From an uncultured delta proteobacterium (GTDB lineage Bacteria; Myxococcota_A; Polyangia; Fen-1088), in contig CAVWIP010000013.1 in the NCBI GenBank assembly GCA_963755125.1, positions 1-64,000 on the forward strand: 64,000 bases of DNA, written 5' to 3'. Position numbers and translations under genes: made by a program. Shown here one piece after another: positions 54,471-64,000 of this stretch. The notes under the pieces were generated by a model. The model saw nothing but the letters and a program-made list of their open reading frames with translations. It searched no databases and was not told where the DNA came from. The stretch's first letter is position 1. Each line of letters opens with the position of its first letter.

Positions 54471-55346
54471 ATGGTCATCGCCGTCCTCAAGTCCCTGCGC
54501 TTTCATCAGTGGGTCAAGAACCTTTTCGTGCTGGGACCCTTGGTGTTCGCGCGCCGAGTCGACGACCCACGCGCCGTGATTTCGGCGACTCTGGCCATGG
54601 CCTGCTTCTGTCTGCTGTCGAGCGCGGTGTACGTGTTCAACGATATTGTCGACGTGGACAAAGACCGCGCCCATCCCCTCAAGCGCTTGCGCCCCATCGC
54701 CTCGGGAGCCCTGTCGGTGGGCCGCGCGCGCGTGCTGGCCGCCGTGCTGGCCGTGGTCGGCCTGGGCGGCAGCTACCTGATTGCCCCCGCGCTGGCCGCC
54801 GTCGCCGCCGCGTACCTCGCGCAGAACGTCGCCTATTCCTTCTGGCTGAAGCACGTTCCCTTCGTGGACGTGGCGTGCATCAGTGCAGGGTTCCTGTTGC
54901 GCGTGCTGGGAGGCGCCTATGCCATTCCCGTGGACCCCTCCAACTGGGTGTTGCTGTGCACATTGTTGTTGGCGGCGTTCCTGGGTTTCGGCAAGCGCGC
55001 GCACGAGCTGCGCGTGGCCGGAAGCAAGGGCGGCAACCAGCGTCTGGTGCTCGACCGCTACCCACCCAACGTGCTGCGCGTGTTGCTCTACCTGCTCGCC
55101 ATCCTGACCATCGTCGCCTACATCCTCTACACCCAGTCGCCCCACGCCCTGGCTTTCTTCGGCACGCGCCGCCTGGCGCTGACCGTGCCCTTCGTGGTGT
55201 TCGGCGTCTTGCGCTTCATCTGGATCGTCCAGGGCAAAGTGGACAGCGAAAGCCCCACCGATTCCATGCTCCGCGACGCGCCCTTTCTCATCAACCTGCT
55301 GGGCTACGCGGTGGCCATCATGTCGATCCTGTACGGCGGCTGGTAG
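54471..55346 (+). CDS. UbiA-family polyprenyl-phosphate phosphoribosyltransferase
   Basis: HQWVKN, YVFNDIVDVDKDRAHPLKRLRPIASG, GKRAHEL, ESPTD. Confidence 0.88.
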   Translation: MVIAVLKSLRFHQWVKNLFVLGPLVFARRVDDPRAVISATLAMACFCLLSSAVYVFNDIVDVDKDRAHPLKRLRPIASGALSVGRARVLAAVLAVVGLGGSYLIAPALAAVAAAYLAQNVAYSFWLKHVPFVDVACISAGFLLRVLGGAYAIPVDPSNWVLLCTLLLAAFLGFGKRAHELRVAGSKGGNQRLVLDRYPPNVLRVLLYLLAILTIVAYILYTQSPHALAFFGTRRLALTVPFVVFGVLRFIWIVQGKVDSESPTDSMLRDAPFLINLLGYAVAIMSILYGGW

Positions 55347-55365
55347 GATTTTCCGGGCTGACCGA

Positions 55366-56289
55366 CTAGCCACGCACGCAGTTGCGGCCCGCGTTCTTGG
55401 CCTCGTACAGTCGCTCGTCGGCGCGCTTGATCAGTCCGGCCGCGTCGGTGGTTTCCTGGTCCAGGGCCGCGACGCCCAGGGAGATGGTGACGTCCATCTT
55501 GACGCCCTCGAATCGGAACTCCGTGGTCTCGACGATGTGCCTGATCTTCTCGGCCAACTGATGGGCATTGTGGCAATCGATCTCGGGCAGCACGATGGCG
55601 AATTCCTCGCCACCGTAGCGCGCGAACAGATCCTCGCGCCGGATCCGGTTCTTCACCGTCATGGCCAGCGTCTTGAGCACGGAATCGCCGGCCAGGTGGC
55701 CGTGGGTGTCGTTGACCTGCTTGAAGTGGTCGATGTCGAACATGACCAGGGACACCTCGCGCCGATAGCGCAAGGCGCGCGCGATCTCGCGCTCGATGCA
55801 CTCCTGGAAGTAGCGCTTGTTGAAGATTTGGGTCAAGCCGTCCACGGTGGTGAGCCGGTAGATCTCCTCGTGGTAGGCGCGCTCGATGTTGCCGCCCGAG
55901 AGGAACTTGAAGATGGTGCGGCCGATCTTGATGAAATCGCCGTCCGCCAGGGTGCGCTCGTCGATCAATTCGTCATTGACGTAGGTGCCATTGGTCGATC
56001 CCAGATCGCGAATCCGGATGCCGCGCCCGGAATTGAGAATCCTCGAGTGCGCGCGCGACACCGACTCCTGATCGATCTGGATGTCGGACTTGGACGACCG
56101 CCCCACCACCAGCGCGGAAGCTTCCAGGTTGTACTTGCGGCCCAGATCCGATCCGTAGATGACCACCAGGCACGCCTCCTTGGTGGGCGCGTGTTCGGCG
56201 ATCTTGTTGATGCTGGTGACGACGGTCTTGGCCCGAACATGATCGGCATCAACGAAACGGTCGGCTGGTTTTGGGGGAACCCGTGGCAC
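55366..56289 (-). CDS. FHA-domain diguanylate cyclase (start approximate)
   Basis: FHA VGRS...VSRAH...[24 protein letters not shown]-site. Confidence 0.9.
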   Translation of the reverse strand: MPRVPPKPADRFVDADHVRAKTVVTSINKIAEHAPTKEACLVVIYGSDLGRKYNLEASALVVGRSSKSDIQIDQESVSRAHSRILNSGRGIRIRDLGSTNGTYVNDELIDERTLADGDFIKIGRTIFKFLSGGNIERAYHEEIYRLTTVDGLTQIFNKRYFQECIEREIARALRYRREVSLVMFDIDHFKQVNDTHGHLAGDSVLKTLAMTVKNRIRREDLFARYGGEEFAIVLPEIDCHNAHQLAEKIRHIVETTEFRFEGVKMDVTISLGVAALDQETTDAAGLIKRADERLYEAKNAGRNCVRG

Positions 56290-56601
56290 GCGACATCTCA
56301 GGGTAGGCCAGGACCGTGACGCGGTAAAGACGCATGAAGCCGTGCCTGCTGCCACATTGGCCCACATGTGGGACCGCGCCTTCGCGCACATCTGCGCTGG
56401 CGCAGTTGTTGCTGCTCCCAGTGATCGGGCCTCGATGGGTGCGGGGCCACACCTTCTCTGCATATGAACGAATCCGCCGTCGACACCGCTCATTCAGATG
56501 CAAAATCATTTTAATATATAGTAAGCTAGAGCACGCTTTATATCGTGAAAAAAATTCAAGGAGCGCGCACAAAGTAGCGACCACGATAGGGGTTTTCCTC
56601 A

Positions 56602-59600
56602 ATGATGCCCGCGGTTCCGCCGATATACCATCCCGTGAAGTCCTTCACGCGCCGGGCACGCCGACCGGCTCGCTTGCCCAGGCTCGCGATTCTACTGTGC
56701 GCCCTGACGGGGCTGACGGCCCTGCTGACCTGGATTTTCGCGCCGCCCGCGGATGCGCTGGTGAACCCGTTGACGGTCATCGAAAGCCAGGTCCGCAAGG
56801 CCAACATGCTCATCGTTCTCGACACCTCGGGCTCGATGACCGGCGTGCCCGGCGGCCAGTTCCAGAACAGCACCGAGTGCGGCGTGGACTGCGACAATGG
56901 CGTGAACTGCCGCCAGGGCGGCGTGCAAGGGGTCTGCAAGGCCTGGACGTCGCGGACCTGCATGGCGGACACCGACTGCCAGCACGGCTACTGCACGGCG
57001 GACAACACCACCATTTGTGCTACCAACACGGACTGCCCCCAAAGCCCGGGCACCTGCACCGCTACCGGCGGGTCGTGCCTGTCCAATGCGGACTGCGCGG
57101 CGCAGCCCGGAGCCTGTACCGCCACAGGTGTATTCTGCAGCGGCACCGTCCCCTGCGCGACAGTCGGCTATTGTACGTACGGAAGCAACGTCTTGTGCAG
57201 CACGAGCAACCCGTGCGTCAGCCCCATCGGCACTTGCTCCACGAACAGCAGCGTGACCTGCAAGACGAACGCTGATTGTCCCAGCGGCACCAGCGGCGGG
57301 ACTTGCTCGAATTGCCACTCTTGGAATTGCAGCTGCAACACGAACACGGACTGCCCGATGACCATGACGTGCCAGTTCAGCGGCGATCAGTGCCGAACGA
57401 CCAGCGACTGTCCCGTGTACACCAGCAACGTGTGCAGTGGGGGCTGGAACCAGGGCTACCCGTGCACGAGCAGCAGCCAGTGTTACGGCTATAGCTGCAT
57501 AGCCCCACCGGCCAACGCGTGCTCCGTGGGGACTCCCGACGTGTGCAACCTGCCCGCCGGCACGTGCAGCAGTCTGAAAACCAACACCTGCACAAACACC
57601 ACTAACACCTGCGCGGTTCCGAGCAACACCTGCACCCTGCCGCCGGCCAACACCTGCCAGACGCCGGTCAGCACGACCGACACCTGCATACCCAGCTCGC
57701 ACGGAACACCCGGGCCGATCCGCATGTGTGTGACGTCGCAACTGGTGTGCTCCCAGGACTCGGACTGCGGCACCGGCGATACCTGCGGGCCCGCCACCTC
57801 GCGCACCGTCATCGCAAAACGCGCCGTCAGCCAGGTAGTGATGGACAACTACAGCCTGGTCAATTTCGGCCTAATGACCTTCTGGCAGAGCGGCTATTAC
57901 CCCTACTACCAGGTCCCCGGCGGCGGAACGACCAACACCATCACCATGTACGAAACCCAGCAGCAATTGCAAAACGCAGGTTGTTTCACCTGGAACCGCC
58001 AGACCAACAGCGGCGGGCCGTCGGCCACTTGCACGATGAACGGCCGCACCATGACCCTGCGATCGACATCTGACAGCCGCTACCGCGTACGAAACGGCTG
58101 GGGCTGGTTTTCCTGGAACCGCTACGACGTCGACTTCTGTGGCCTCAACTGCAACATGCCCAACAACCTGGGCTGGGGTACCTACCAGGGGAGCTACTAC
58201 ACGTACACCCAAACCATCCCTCCCTCGCTGTCAACCTTGTACGTCAGTCCCACCTACGGCGGCCAGAACATCACCGTCGGCGGCAACAACTACGTCTATT
58301 ACACACCGCTGACCAACTACTACAACGGCGGGGCGGCCCCGCCCATCAACGTGGCCAACTGTGGCTCTGCCTGCAGCTCCACCTGCGGCGGCCGCTGGGA
58401 TACCCAGCTCGCGCCCTTCCTCGATACCTCGGACAACCTCACCAATGCTCTGGCCGCAGCCAACGCCATCACCGCCCAGATGGCATTGGCCGCCGACGGC
58501 GGGCTGCTAACCTACTGGGGTACGCCCACTGGCTGCACGCTGGAGAACGACGTCAGCAAGACTCCGCAAACCAGCGCCTACGCATACATGCAGGCGGTCG
58601 AGCAGGGCTACACGAGTGCCAGCCCGGTGCTCAACATCCCGGCCGATCACCTTTCCTGTCGCAACAACTACATGCTGCTCATCACCGACGGCGCGGCCAA
58701 CGGGCCGGGCGACGTGGACAACAACGGCAACAGCATCTGCGCCACCACGGCCTGCTCCGCCGCCAACCCGAAGACCGCGGGCTGCGCGTGCAAGTCCGTG
58801 CTGGCCGCCTATGACCTGTACCACAACCTGAACGTGAAGGTCTTCGTGGTGGGATTCTCGGGCGACGTGAGCTCCGGCTCGCCCGCAGTGATCAACAACA
58901 ACATCGCCCAGGCCGGCGGCACGGGCACGGCCTACCTGGCCACCAATGAAGACCAGCTCAATACTGCCCTGGAGTCAGCCGTGTACACCGCGATCGCGGG
59001 CAATTACTCGTCGTCGGCCGGCAGCACCTCGGCCGGTACCCAGCAGGCCGTCACCGTCGTCAACGGCACGTATGCGCTCGACTCGCGCATGGAATTCCCT
59101 TCCTGGCAGGGCCACCTGTACGCCTACAACGTGGCCAGCGGCACACCCGTGCTGGCCTGGGACGGGGCCAACGGCCTCACCTCGGCCGGCGCCTGGGATC
59201 CGGCCCACAACATCTACTCGTCCGCGAGCTGGAAGAGCCGCAGGCTGTACACCTGGGACGGCACCAACATAGTCAAGGTCCAGGTCGACTGGCCCACCGG
59301 CAACATCACCAACGCCGCGCAACTGGCCGCGTTGGGCATGGGCTCCACTGCGGCCGAGGCCCAGTCAGTGGCCCAGTGGGCCCTGGGAAATCCTGCCTCG
59401 GGCAATCCGGCCGTGTTCGGAGCCATCGTCAACTCGACGCCCATCGACGTGGCCAGCCCGGGCAATGTGGCGCTGCCGGGGGGAAACGCCTTCTTCGTCA
59501 AGTACCAGAACCGGCCTCACTTGATCTACGTCGGCTCGTCGGACCAGATGCTGCACGCCTTCTTCCTGATGAACACCACGGTGGGCACGACCAGCTACCA

Positions 59601-60966
59601 AGCCGGGAGTGAGGCCTTCGCCTTCATCCCGCCCGATCTTCTTCCCAACCTGCGCACGCTGTATGCGCAGGGTGGACAGAAAATGGATCCTTACCAGCAC
59701 ATCTTCGGATTGGCGGACTCGCCCAAGGTGAAGAGCCTGTGCGTCTCCGGCTGCACCTCCGATGCCACCGCGGTGTGGAAGACCCTGCTCCTCATGCCCG
59801 AGGGCTATGGCGGGCAGGACAGCTTCATGCTCGACGTCACCAACCCCTTCGGCACCAACGGGCTGAACGATCCTCCCATCTCCGTGCAATGGCACACCGG
59901 GTACGGCAACTACGCCGCCACCTACAACAACATTCTGGGCGACACCATCTCCCTGCCCGCTTTTCTGCTCAACAACACCACCACTCTCGACGACTACCGT
60001 GTCATCTTCGCGTCCGGCTACGGTGTCACCAACGGCAACACCCAGCAGGGACGCACGCTGGTCATGAGCTCGGCCAGCAGCGGAGCCATCCTGGCAACCG
60101 CCACCACATCAACCGGCGCCGGGTGTGCGCAGCAGTACTCGGCGCTGACCGACGTGGCCACCGCGCGCGACTTCGCCACGGGCCAGAACGACAGGCTGAT
60201 TGCCGGCTACTTCGGCGACACCGCGGGACAGCTCTGGCGTTACACCCTGACCGGCGGCCTCAGTTTGGCCTACAACTTCACCTGCAACCAGCCGCTGCAC
60301 TTCGCGCCCACGGTGGTGCAGCTAGACCGCGACAGCATATACACCACCCACGCCCATGAGATCTATCTGGTCCAGGTGACCAACTCGAATCTCGACATGG
60401 ATACGACCAGTTTGCCCCCCTCGCAGATGATCTTCGCCAAGGAAGTCGCACAATACGATACCAATGGCAGCCTCACCGGCGTCGCCCCGGACACCACCTG
60501 GGGCACGAGCGGCAAGATCGTGCTGACCGTGGGCACCAACGGGATCTGCGGCGCCACCCACCTGGACAGCAACGGCAACGTGATCTGCGACAGCGCGATT
60601 CCCAGCACCGCGCGGCCTACCTCCACGCCGCTCGGCATCCTGACGGCTGACGGAAATGGCTTCCAGGTCCTCACCATGTGGTACGCCACCCCGTCGAACG
60701 TCTGCTTGACGGGCCAGACCTACCTGACCGTCCACCAGATGGAGAACAACGTGGTCACGCAGCGGCTTGGCTACCAGGTCTCAAGCACCAACCCCGCGAC
60801 GTCGCCCGTCGTCGTGGGCAACAGGGTCTTCGTGTTCGGCGGGGCCGGGACCTATAACGACGTCACACCCTTCATGCCCGACGGAATCAGCGCAGGCAGT
60901 GCCATCCAGGCATCACCCTACGCGGGGCAGTTCACCCGGTTCAGCTGGACCGAGGTAATGCAATAG
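56602..60966 (+). CDS. pilY1: PilY1/PilC-like type IV pilus adhesin with VWA domain and Cys-rich insertion
   Basis: Signal peptide; LIVLDTSGSM...LLITDG; WQGHLYAY, GAIVNSTP, YVGSSDQMLHAF, EAFAFIP, YFGDTAGQLWR, FSWTEV end. Confidence 0.8.
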   Translation: MMPAVPPIYHPVKSFTRRARRPARLPRLAILLCALTGLTALLTWIFAPPADALVNPLTVIESQVRKANMLIVLDTSGSMTGVPGGQFQNSTECGVDCDNGVNCRQGGVQGVCKAWTSRTCMADTDCQHGYCTADNTTICATNTDCPQSPGTCTATGGSCLSNADCAAQPGACTATGVFCSGTVPCATVGYCTYGSNVLCSTSNPCVSPIGTCSTNSSVTCKTNADCPSGTSGGTCSNCHSWNCSCNTNTDCPMTMTCQFSGDQCRTTSDCPVYTSNVCSGGWNQGYPCTSSSQCYGYSCIAPPANACSVGTPDVCNLPAGTCSSLKTNTCTNTTNTCAVPSNTCTLPPANTCQTPVSTTDTCIPSSHGTPGPIRMCVTSQLVCSQDSDCGTGDTCGPATSRTVIAKRAVSQVVMDNYSLVNFGLMTFWQSGYYPYYQVPGGGTTNTITMYETQQQLQNAGCFTWNRQTNSGGPSATCTMNGRTMTLRSTSDSRYRVRNGWGWFSWNRYDVDFCGLNCNMPNNLGWGTYQGSYYTYTQTIPPSLSTLYVSPTYGGQNITVGGNNYVYYTPLTNYYNGGAAPPINVANCGSACSSTCGGRWDTQLAPFLDTSDNLTNALAAANAITAQMALAADGGLLTYWGTPTGCTLENDVSKTPQTSAYAYMQAVEQGYTSASPVLNIPADHLSCRNNYMLLITDGAANGPGDVDNNGNSICATTACSAANPKTAGCACKSVLAAYDLYHNLNVKVFVVGFSGDVSSGSPAVINNNIAQAGGTGTAYLATNEDQLNTALESAVYTAIAGNYSSSAGSTSAGTQQAVTVVNGTYALDSRMEFPSWQGHLYAYNVASGTPVLAWDGANGLTSAGAWDPAHNIYSSASWKSRRLYTWDGTNIVKVQVDWPTGNITNAAQLAALGMGSTAAEAQSVAQWALGNPASGNPAVFGAIVNSTPIDVASPGNVALPGGNAFFVKYQNRPHLIYVGSSDQMLHAFFLMNTTVGTTSYQAGSEAFAFIPPDLLPNLRTLYAQGGQKMDPYQHIFGLADSPKVKSLCVSGCTSDATAVWKTLLLMPEGYGGQDSFMLDVTNPFGTNGLNDPPISVQWHTGYGNYAATYNNILGDTISLPAFLLNNTTTLDDYRVIFASGYGVTNGNTQQGRTLVMSSASSGAILATATTSTGAGCAQQYSALTDVATARDFATGQNDRLIAGYFGDTAGQLWRYTLTGGLSLAYNFTCNQPLHFAPTVVQLDRDSIYTTHAHEIYLVQVTNSNLDMDTTSLPPSQMIFAKEVAQYDTNGSLTGVAPDTTWGTSGKIVLTVGTNGICGATHLDSNGNVICDSAIPSTARPTSTPLGILTADGNGFQVLTMWYATPSNVCLTGQTYLTVHQMENNVVTQRLGYQVSSTNPATSPVVVGNRVFVFGGAGTYNDVTPFMPDGISAGSAIQASPYAGQFTRFSWTEVMQ

Positions 60967-62802
60967 TCACCGCGCCAGGTTGACTACGACGGGCTTGGGG
61001 CCAGCCGGGACCGCGATCTCCACGGCAATCAACTTGCCCGCGGTGGGCACGAACACGCCCACGCGATGGATCCCGGCCGACACCGGCACGTGGCTGGCAG
61101 GGCAGAGCAGCCCGGTCTCGACGTCGTCGATGAACACCGGGTACTTTCCCGCCGTGCGACAGACAATCTTGAGAAAGGCGTCGCCGCGCACCGGCCCCGT
61201 CACCGGAACCAACGCCCGACGGATGATGGCGCCTTCGCTCGCATCGAAGCTATCGCGGTAGATGTGATATCCGGCAGCCACCAGCACCAGGCCCTTGCCG
61301 CCCGCACCGACCGGCAGGTCGAGCGGCGTGACGCCCTTCCACACACGGTCGATCCACACGCTCGCACCGTGGGGCTGGCTGTCGACGAACAGATGATCCG
61401 GGACGCGCTTGGGTGGAGGCGCTTTCGACTCCTCGATGACAAAACGCCCGGCCGGGAACACCGGAATGGAGTCGCTCTCGATTGCTCGCAGCGGGCCGGC
61501 GTCCACGGCTTCGGCCGGGCTCTCCTCGGGCAAGGGGGCGGGCACGGCGGGCGCCCGTGACTCCGGGGAGTGCGCTCCCGAGGCCGACTTGAGCTGAGAA
61601 GCGACCGTTGGCATCTCGCCATCCCGGAGTTGGGCCAGAGCAACACCCCGAGCGGCACGTTTCGCGGCGGCGATCCGCGCCAGCCGGAAGGTGAGTCCGC
61701 CGAACACCGCAATCAGAAGCACAGCGACCACCGCCACCAGCGCGACCAGCCAGGCCGGAGGCGGCGGGCGGCTGCGCCTGACCGCAGCCACCGCGCCCCG
61801 GGGCACGGCTGGCCTGGGACGCACTGCCACAGCTTCGCGACTCGCGGGCCGCGAAGTCGCGCCGTCGTCTCCGGCGCCATCGCGTCCACCATCGTCGCGT
61901 ACCGGCTCGCTGGCCACCGGCGGCTTGGCAGCGGGCGCAGGAACACCGGTTGCCAGCCATTCGCTCACCTGGCTGGCCGACTGGGGCCGGTCCTCGGGAT
62001 CAGGCGCGGTCAAGGCGCGGATGGCAGCAGCGAGAGCCGGCGGCATGCCCAGCAGGTCGCGCAATGGCTCCCAAACGTGATCCGACAGCTCTGCCAGGGT
62101 GCGCGCCTCGAACGGCGGCCGGCCCAGCAGGAGAAAGTGCAGCAGAGCCCCCAGCGAATAAAGATCCGCGGCCGCGTGGCCCGCGACGGCGTCGGGGCCG
62201 ACCGCCGCGCCCAGGAGTTCGGGCGCGACGAACAGCCACTTGTCGATGGGGTGGTCGACCAGCCCACGCACGGAGGCGAACAGCCCGAAATCCCGCACCA
62301 CCACCTCGCCCGTCGGCGTGACCAGGACGTTGCCCGGAGACAGGCCCAGGTGGAAAAGCGGCGACTCGGCGCTGTGCGCGGCCGAGAGCCCCCGTGCCAT
62401 CTGGCCACCGATCACGCTGACCACGGCAGCTGGCAACCCCGCGCCGCCTGGTGCGGCTTGCTGCCGAGCCGCCTGCAGGAGCCCGACCAGATCGACGCCG
62501 TCCAGCCAGCGAGAAACGACGAAAACGCCGGCCGCGGTCTCGTCGACCTCGATCACCCGGCCCGCGTGCGCAAGCGGGGCAGCGAGCAGCCGCCTACCTG
62601 CCGCAAGAAAGCGCGAAGCCAGCGCCGGGTAAGCCTGCCGCTGGACGCGATCCGCACGCAGCAGCTTGACCACGAAGAACTCGGCCTCGCTCGCAGCGCG
62701 CGCCCCGCCCTCAGCCCTGACGGCGCGATAGCTTTCCACCACGCCCTGCGGGCCGATCCGGTCTTGCAGTTGGTATTTGCCGAGGCGAAACAACGCAGGC
62801 AC
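60967..62802 (-). CDS. Ser/Thr kinase-like (probable pseudokinase) membrane protein with PEGA domains
   Basis: LGKYQL, VVK, HLGLSPGNVLV, DFGL, APE, DLYSLG; TM; VDSQPHGASVWID...GVTPL. Confidence 0.8.
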   Translation of the reverse strand: MPALFRLGKYQLQDRIGPQGVVESYRAVRAEGGARAASEAEFFVVKLLRADRVQRQAYPALASRFLAAGRRLLAAPLAHAGRVIEVDETAAGVFVVSRWLDGVDLVGLLQAARQQAAPGGAGLPAAVVSVIGGQMARGLSAAHSAESPLFHLGLSPGNVLVTPTGEVVVRDFGLFASVRGLVDHPIDKWLFVAPELLGAAVGPDAVAGHAAADLYSLGALLHFLLLGRPPFEARTLAELSDHVWEPLRDLLGMPPALAAAIRALTAPDPEDRPQSASQVSEWLATGVPAPAAKPPVASEPVRDDGGRDGAGDDGATSRPASREAVAVRPRPAVPRGAVAAVRRSRPPPPAWLVALVAVVAVLLIAVFGGLTFRLARIAAAKRAARGVALAQLRDGEMPTVASQLKSASGAHSPESRAPAVPAPLPEESPAEAVDAGPLRAIESDSIPVFPAGRFVIEESKAPPPKRVPDHLFVDSQPHGASVWIDRVWKGVTPLDLPVGAGGKGLVLVAAGYHIYRDSFDASEGAIIRRALVPVTGPVRGDAFLKIVCRTAGKYPVFIDDVETGLLCPASHVPVSAGIHRVGVFVPTAGKLIAVEIAVPAGPKPVVVNLAR

Positions 62803-63221
62803 CAGCCGCCATCATAGCCCACGATTTCGCGACGGGAACCAATGGAGACGACGGCCACGAAGCGCGGGTTCGCGACGGTGGCGAGCGCGGGGATGCGCGG
62901 GATTCGATTCGGACTCTCTGGTGCTGAGCCATCGTGAGCAGGTAGACCGGCAAGGCGCCGATGAGCACCGGCCGGGGTCAGGCTGACCCTGCCGAGAGCC
63001 GCCCCGTGAGAGGCCAGCCGGCCCGAGGCGCGCCGCCGACGGCCAGCGCGGTGGCGCGTACGCCCAGGTTGGCGTAGGAGGTACGGCCGAGCGCCGTATA
63101 AGCGAAGGCCCAGAGTTGGCGCTCCGGGCCTTCAGGTGGATCGACCGCGTGGGGGTCGAGCCACGCAGTTCCCTCAATCGCACGATCCGGGCGGGAGATC
63201 CACCACGGCGAGCACCGCCGC

Positions 63222-63797
63222 GTGGACTTGCTGGATCGCACTTGTAAGTTATGTGGGCTGGCGTTTCTGGTGTGCCGCAGCTGCGACAAGCGGTGCAAGT
63301 ACTGCTCGCCCGAGTGTGCGGCCAAGGGCCGACGCCAGAAGCAGCGGGTCGACGGGCACAAGTACCAGGCGACGCGGATCGGGCGTCGCAAGCACGCCTT
63401 CCGTCAGCAGGAGTACCGCGCGCGCCGAGCGGCCGTGCAGAAAGTGACGCATCAGTATTTGGCGCCGGAGGCGCCGCCTGTAATCCCGATGGTGCAGGCC
63501 GGGACGGCGGGCACGGCGCCCGCCGCGACCACGGCCCGCCTGGAGGTACGCATTCATGTCCTTACTCTGGATGACCATCGAGCCGAGGCAAACCGAGACA
63601 CGCTTGCAGCTCTCGGCGGGCGCCGCGGGCCTGTGCCTGCGCGCGCGACTGCCCGTCTGTCCGCAGCACAGCCGGGCGCTGGCCCAGCTCCTTCAGGCGT
63701 TGGTGGCCTGGTATGGCCGACCCTTGACCGCTGTGCTCGATGCGGACGCCCAGGACGTCGCTGCCCACCCGGAGCGTTGGGCGCTTTTGCTTGGTGA
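63222..63797 (+). CDS. Cys-rich basic small protein preceding an IS21-like transposase
   Basis: CKLC...CRSCD...YCSPEC...KYQ...GRRKHA...VTHQ...CARCGR. Confidence 0.55.
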   Translation: MDLLDRTCKLCGLAFLVCRSCDKRCKYCSPECAAKGRRQKQRVDGHKYQATRIGRRKHAFRQQEYRARRAAVQKVTHQYLAPEAPPVIPMVQAGTAGTAPAATTARLEVRIHVLTLDDHRAEANRDTLAALGGRRGPVPARATARLSAAQPGAGPAPSGVGGLVWPTLDRCARCGRPGRRCPPGALGAFAW

Positions 63798-63939
63798 CCT
63801 CGACGCCGAGGCCATCCGAGTCGATTGGGTCCACCTGGCGCGCGCCGCGTTCCGGCGCGACCGCTTCATGGACGGGCTGGGTGGCTTCGCCCGCGCACGT
63901 CGCCTGGTCACCTCTGTTGCCACGGGGTCGTCATCGTGA
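63556..63939 (+). CDS. Hypothetical protein translationally coupled to an IS21-like transposase
   Basis: GGAGG RBS before ATG 63556; TGA overlaps GTG at 63936. Confidence 0.6.
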   Translation: MSLLWMTIEPRQTETRLQLSAGAAGLCLRARLPVCPQHSRALAQLLQALVAWYGRPLTAVLDADAQDVAAHPERWALLLGDLDAEAIRVDWVHLARAAFRRDRFMDGLGGFARARRLVTSVATGSSS

Positions 63940-64000
63940 TCACCGCGGACATGCGCGCGCACATGCGCAGGCTGGTGCTGGCCGAGCACTGGCGCATCGA
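63936..64000 (+). mobile_element. Start of probable IS21-family transposase IstA, truncated by the window end
   Basis: MITADMRAHMRRLVLAEHWRI resembles IstA N-termini as I recall them; only 21 codons visible. Confidence 0.5.

Overview
GC-rich chromosomal window from a myxobacterium-like organism (Myxococcota inferred from gene content: Cys-rich VWA lipoproteins, ECF sigma/ZAS-TPR pair, kinase-PEGA protein, FHA-GGDEF). Bases 1-8048 are a near-perfect giant palindrome (x pairs with 8049-x, 4-nt loop at 4023-4026) with nested repeats. Inside it an 817-bp cassette carries two divergent, homologous lipoprotein leaders between 205-bp inverted repeats, so flipping it would swap leader and promoter in frame on an 842-aa Cys-rich surface protein. 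This may be a real switch or an amplification/assembly artefact. A 37-bp motif precedes one leader and a paralog at 13.2 kb, next to an ECF sigma/anti-sigma pair. The rest is mostly housekeeping and envelope genes: TetR/radical SAM, Gld-like ABC system, mnmA, frameshifted sppA, mqnB/mqnD, thyX, accA, miaA, mutL, rlmE, a stand-alone rplC with its own promoter, trpEGDCF, an active/inactive transglutaminase pair, an orphan PilY1 and a pseudokinase. There are also two MITEs and the start of an IS21-like element at the right edge. No rRNA, tRNA or CRISPR array was seen. All calls come from reading the sequence by eye, without database searches.
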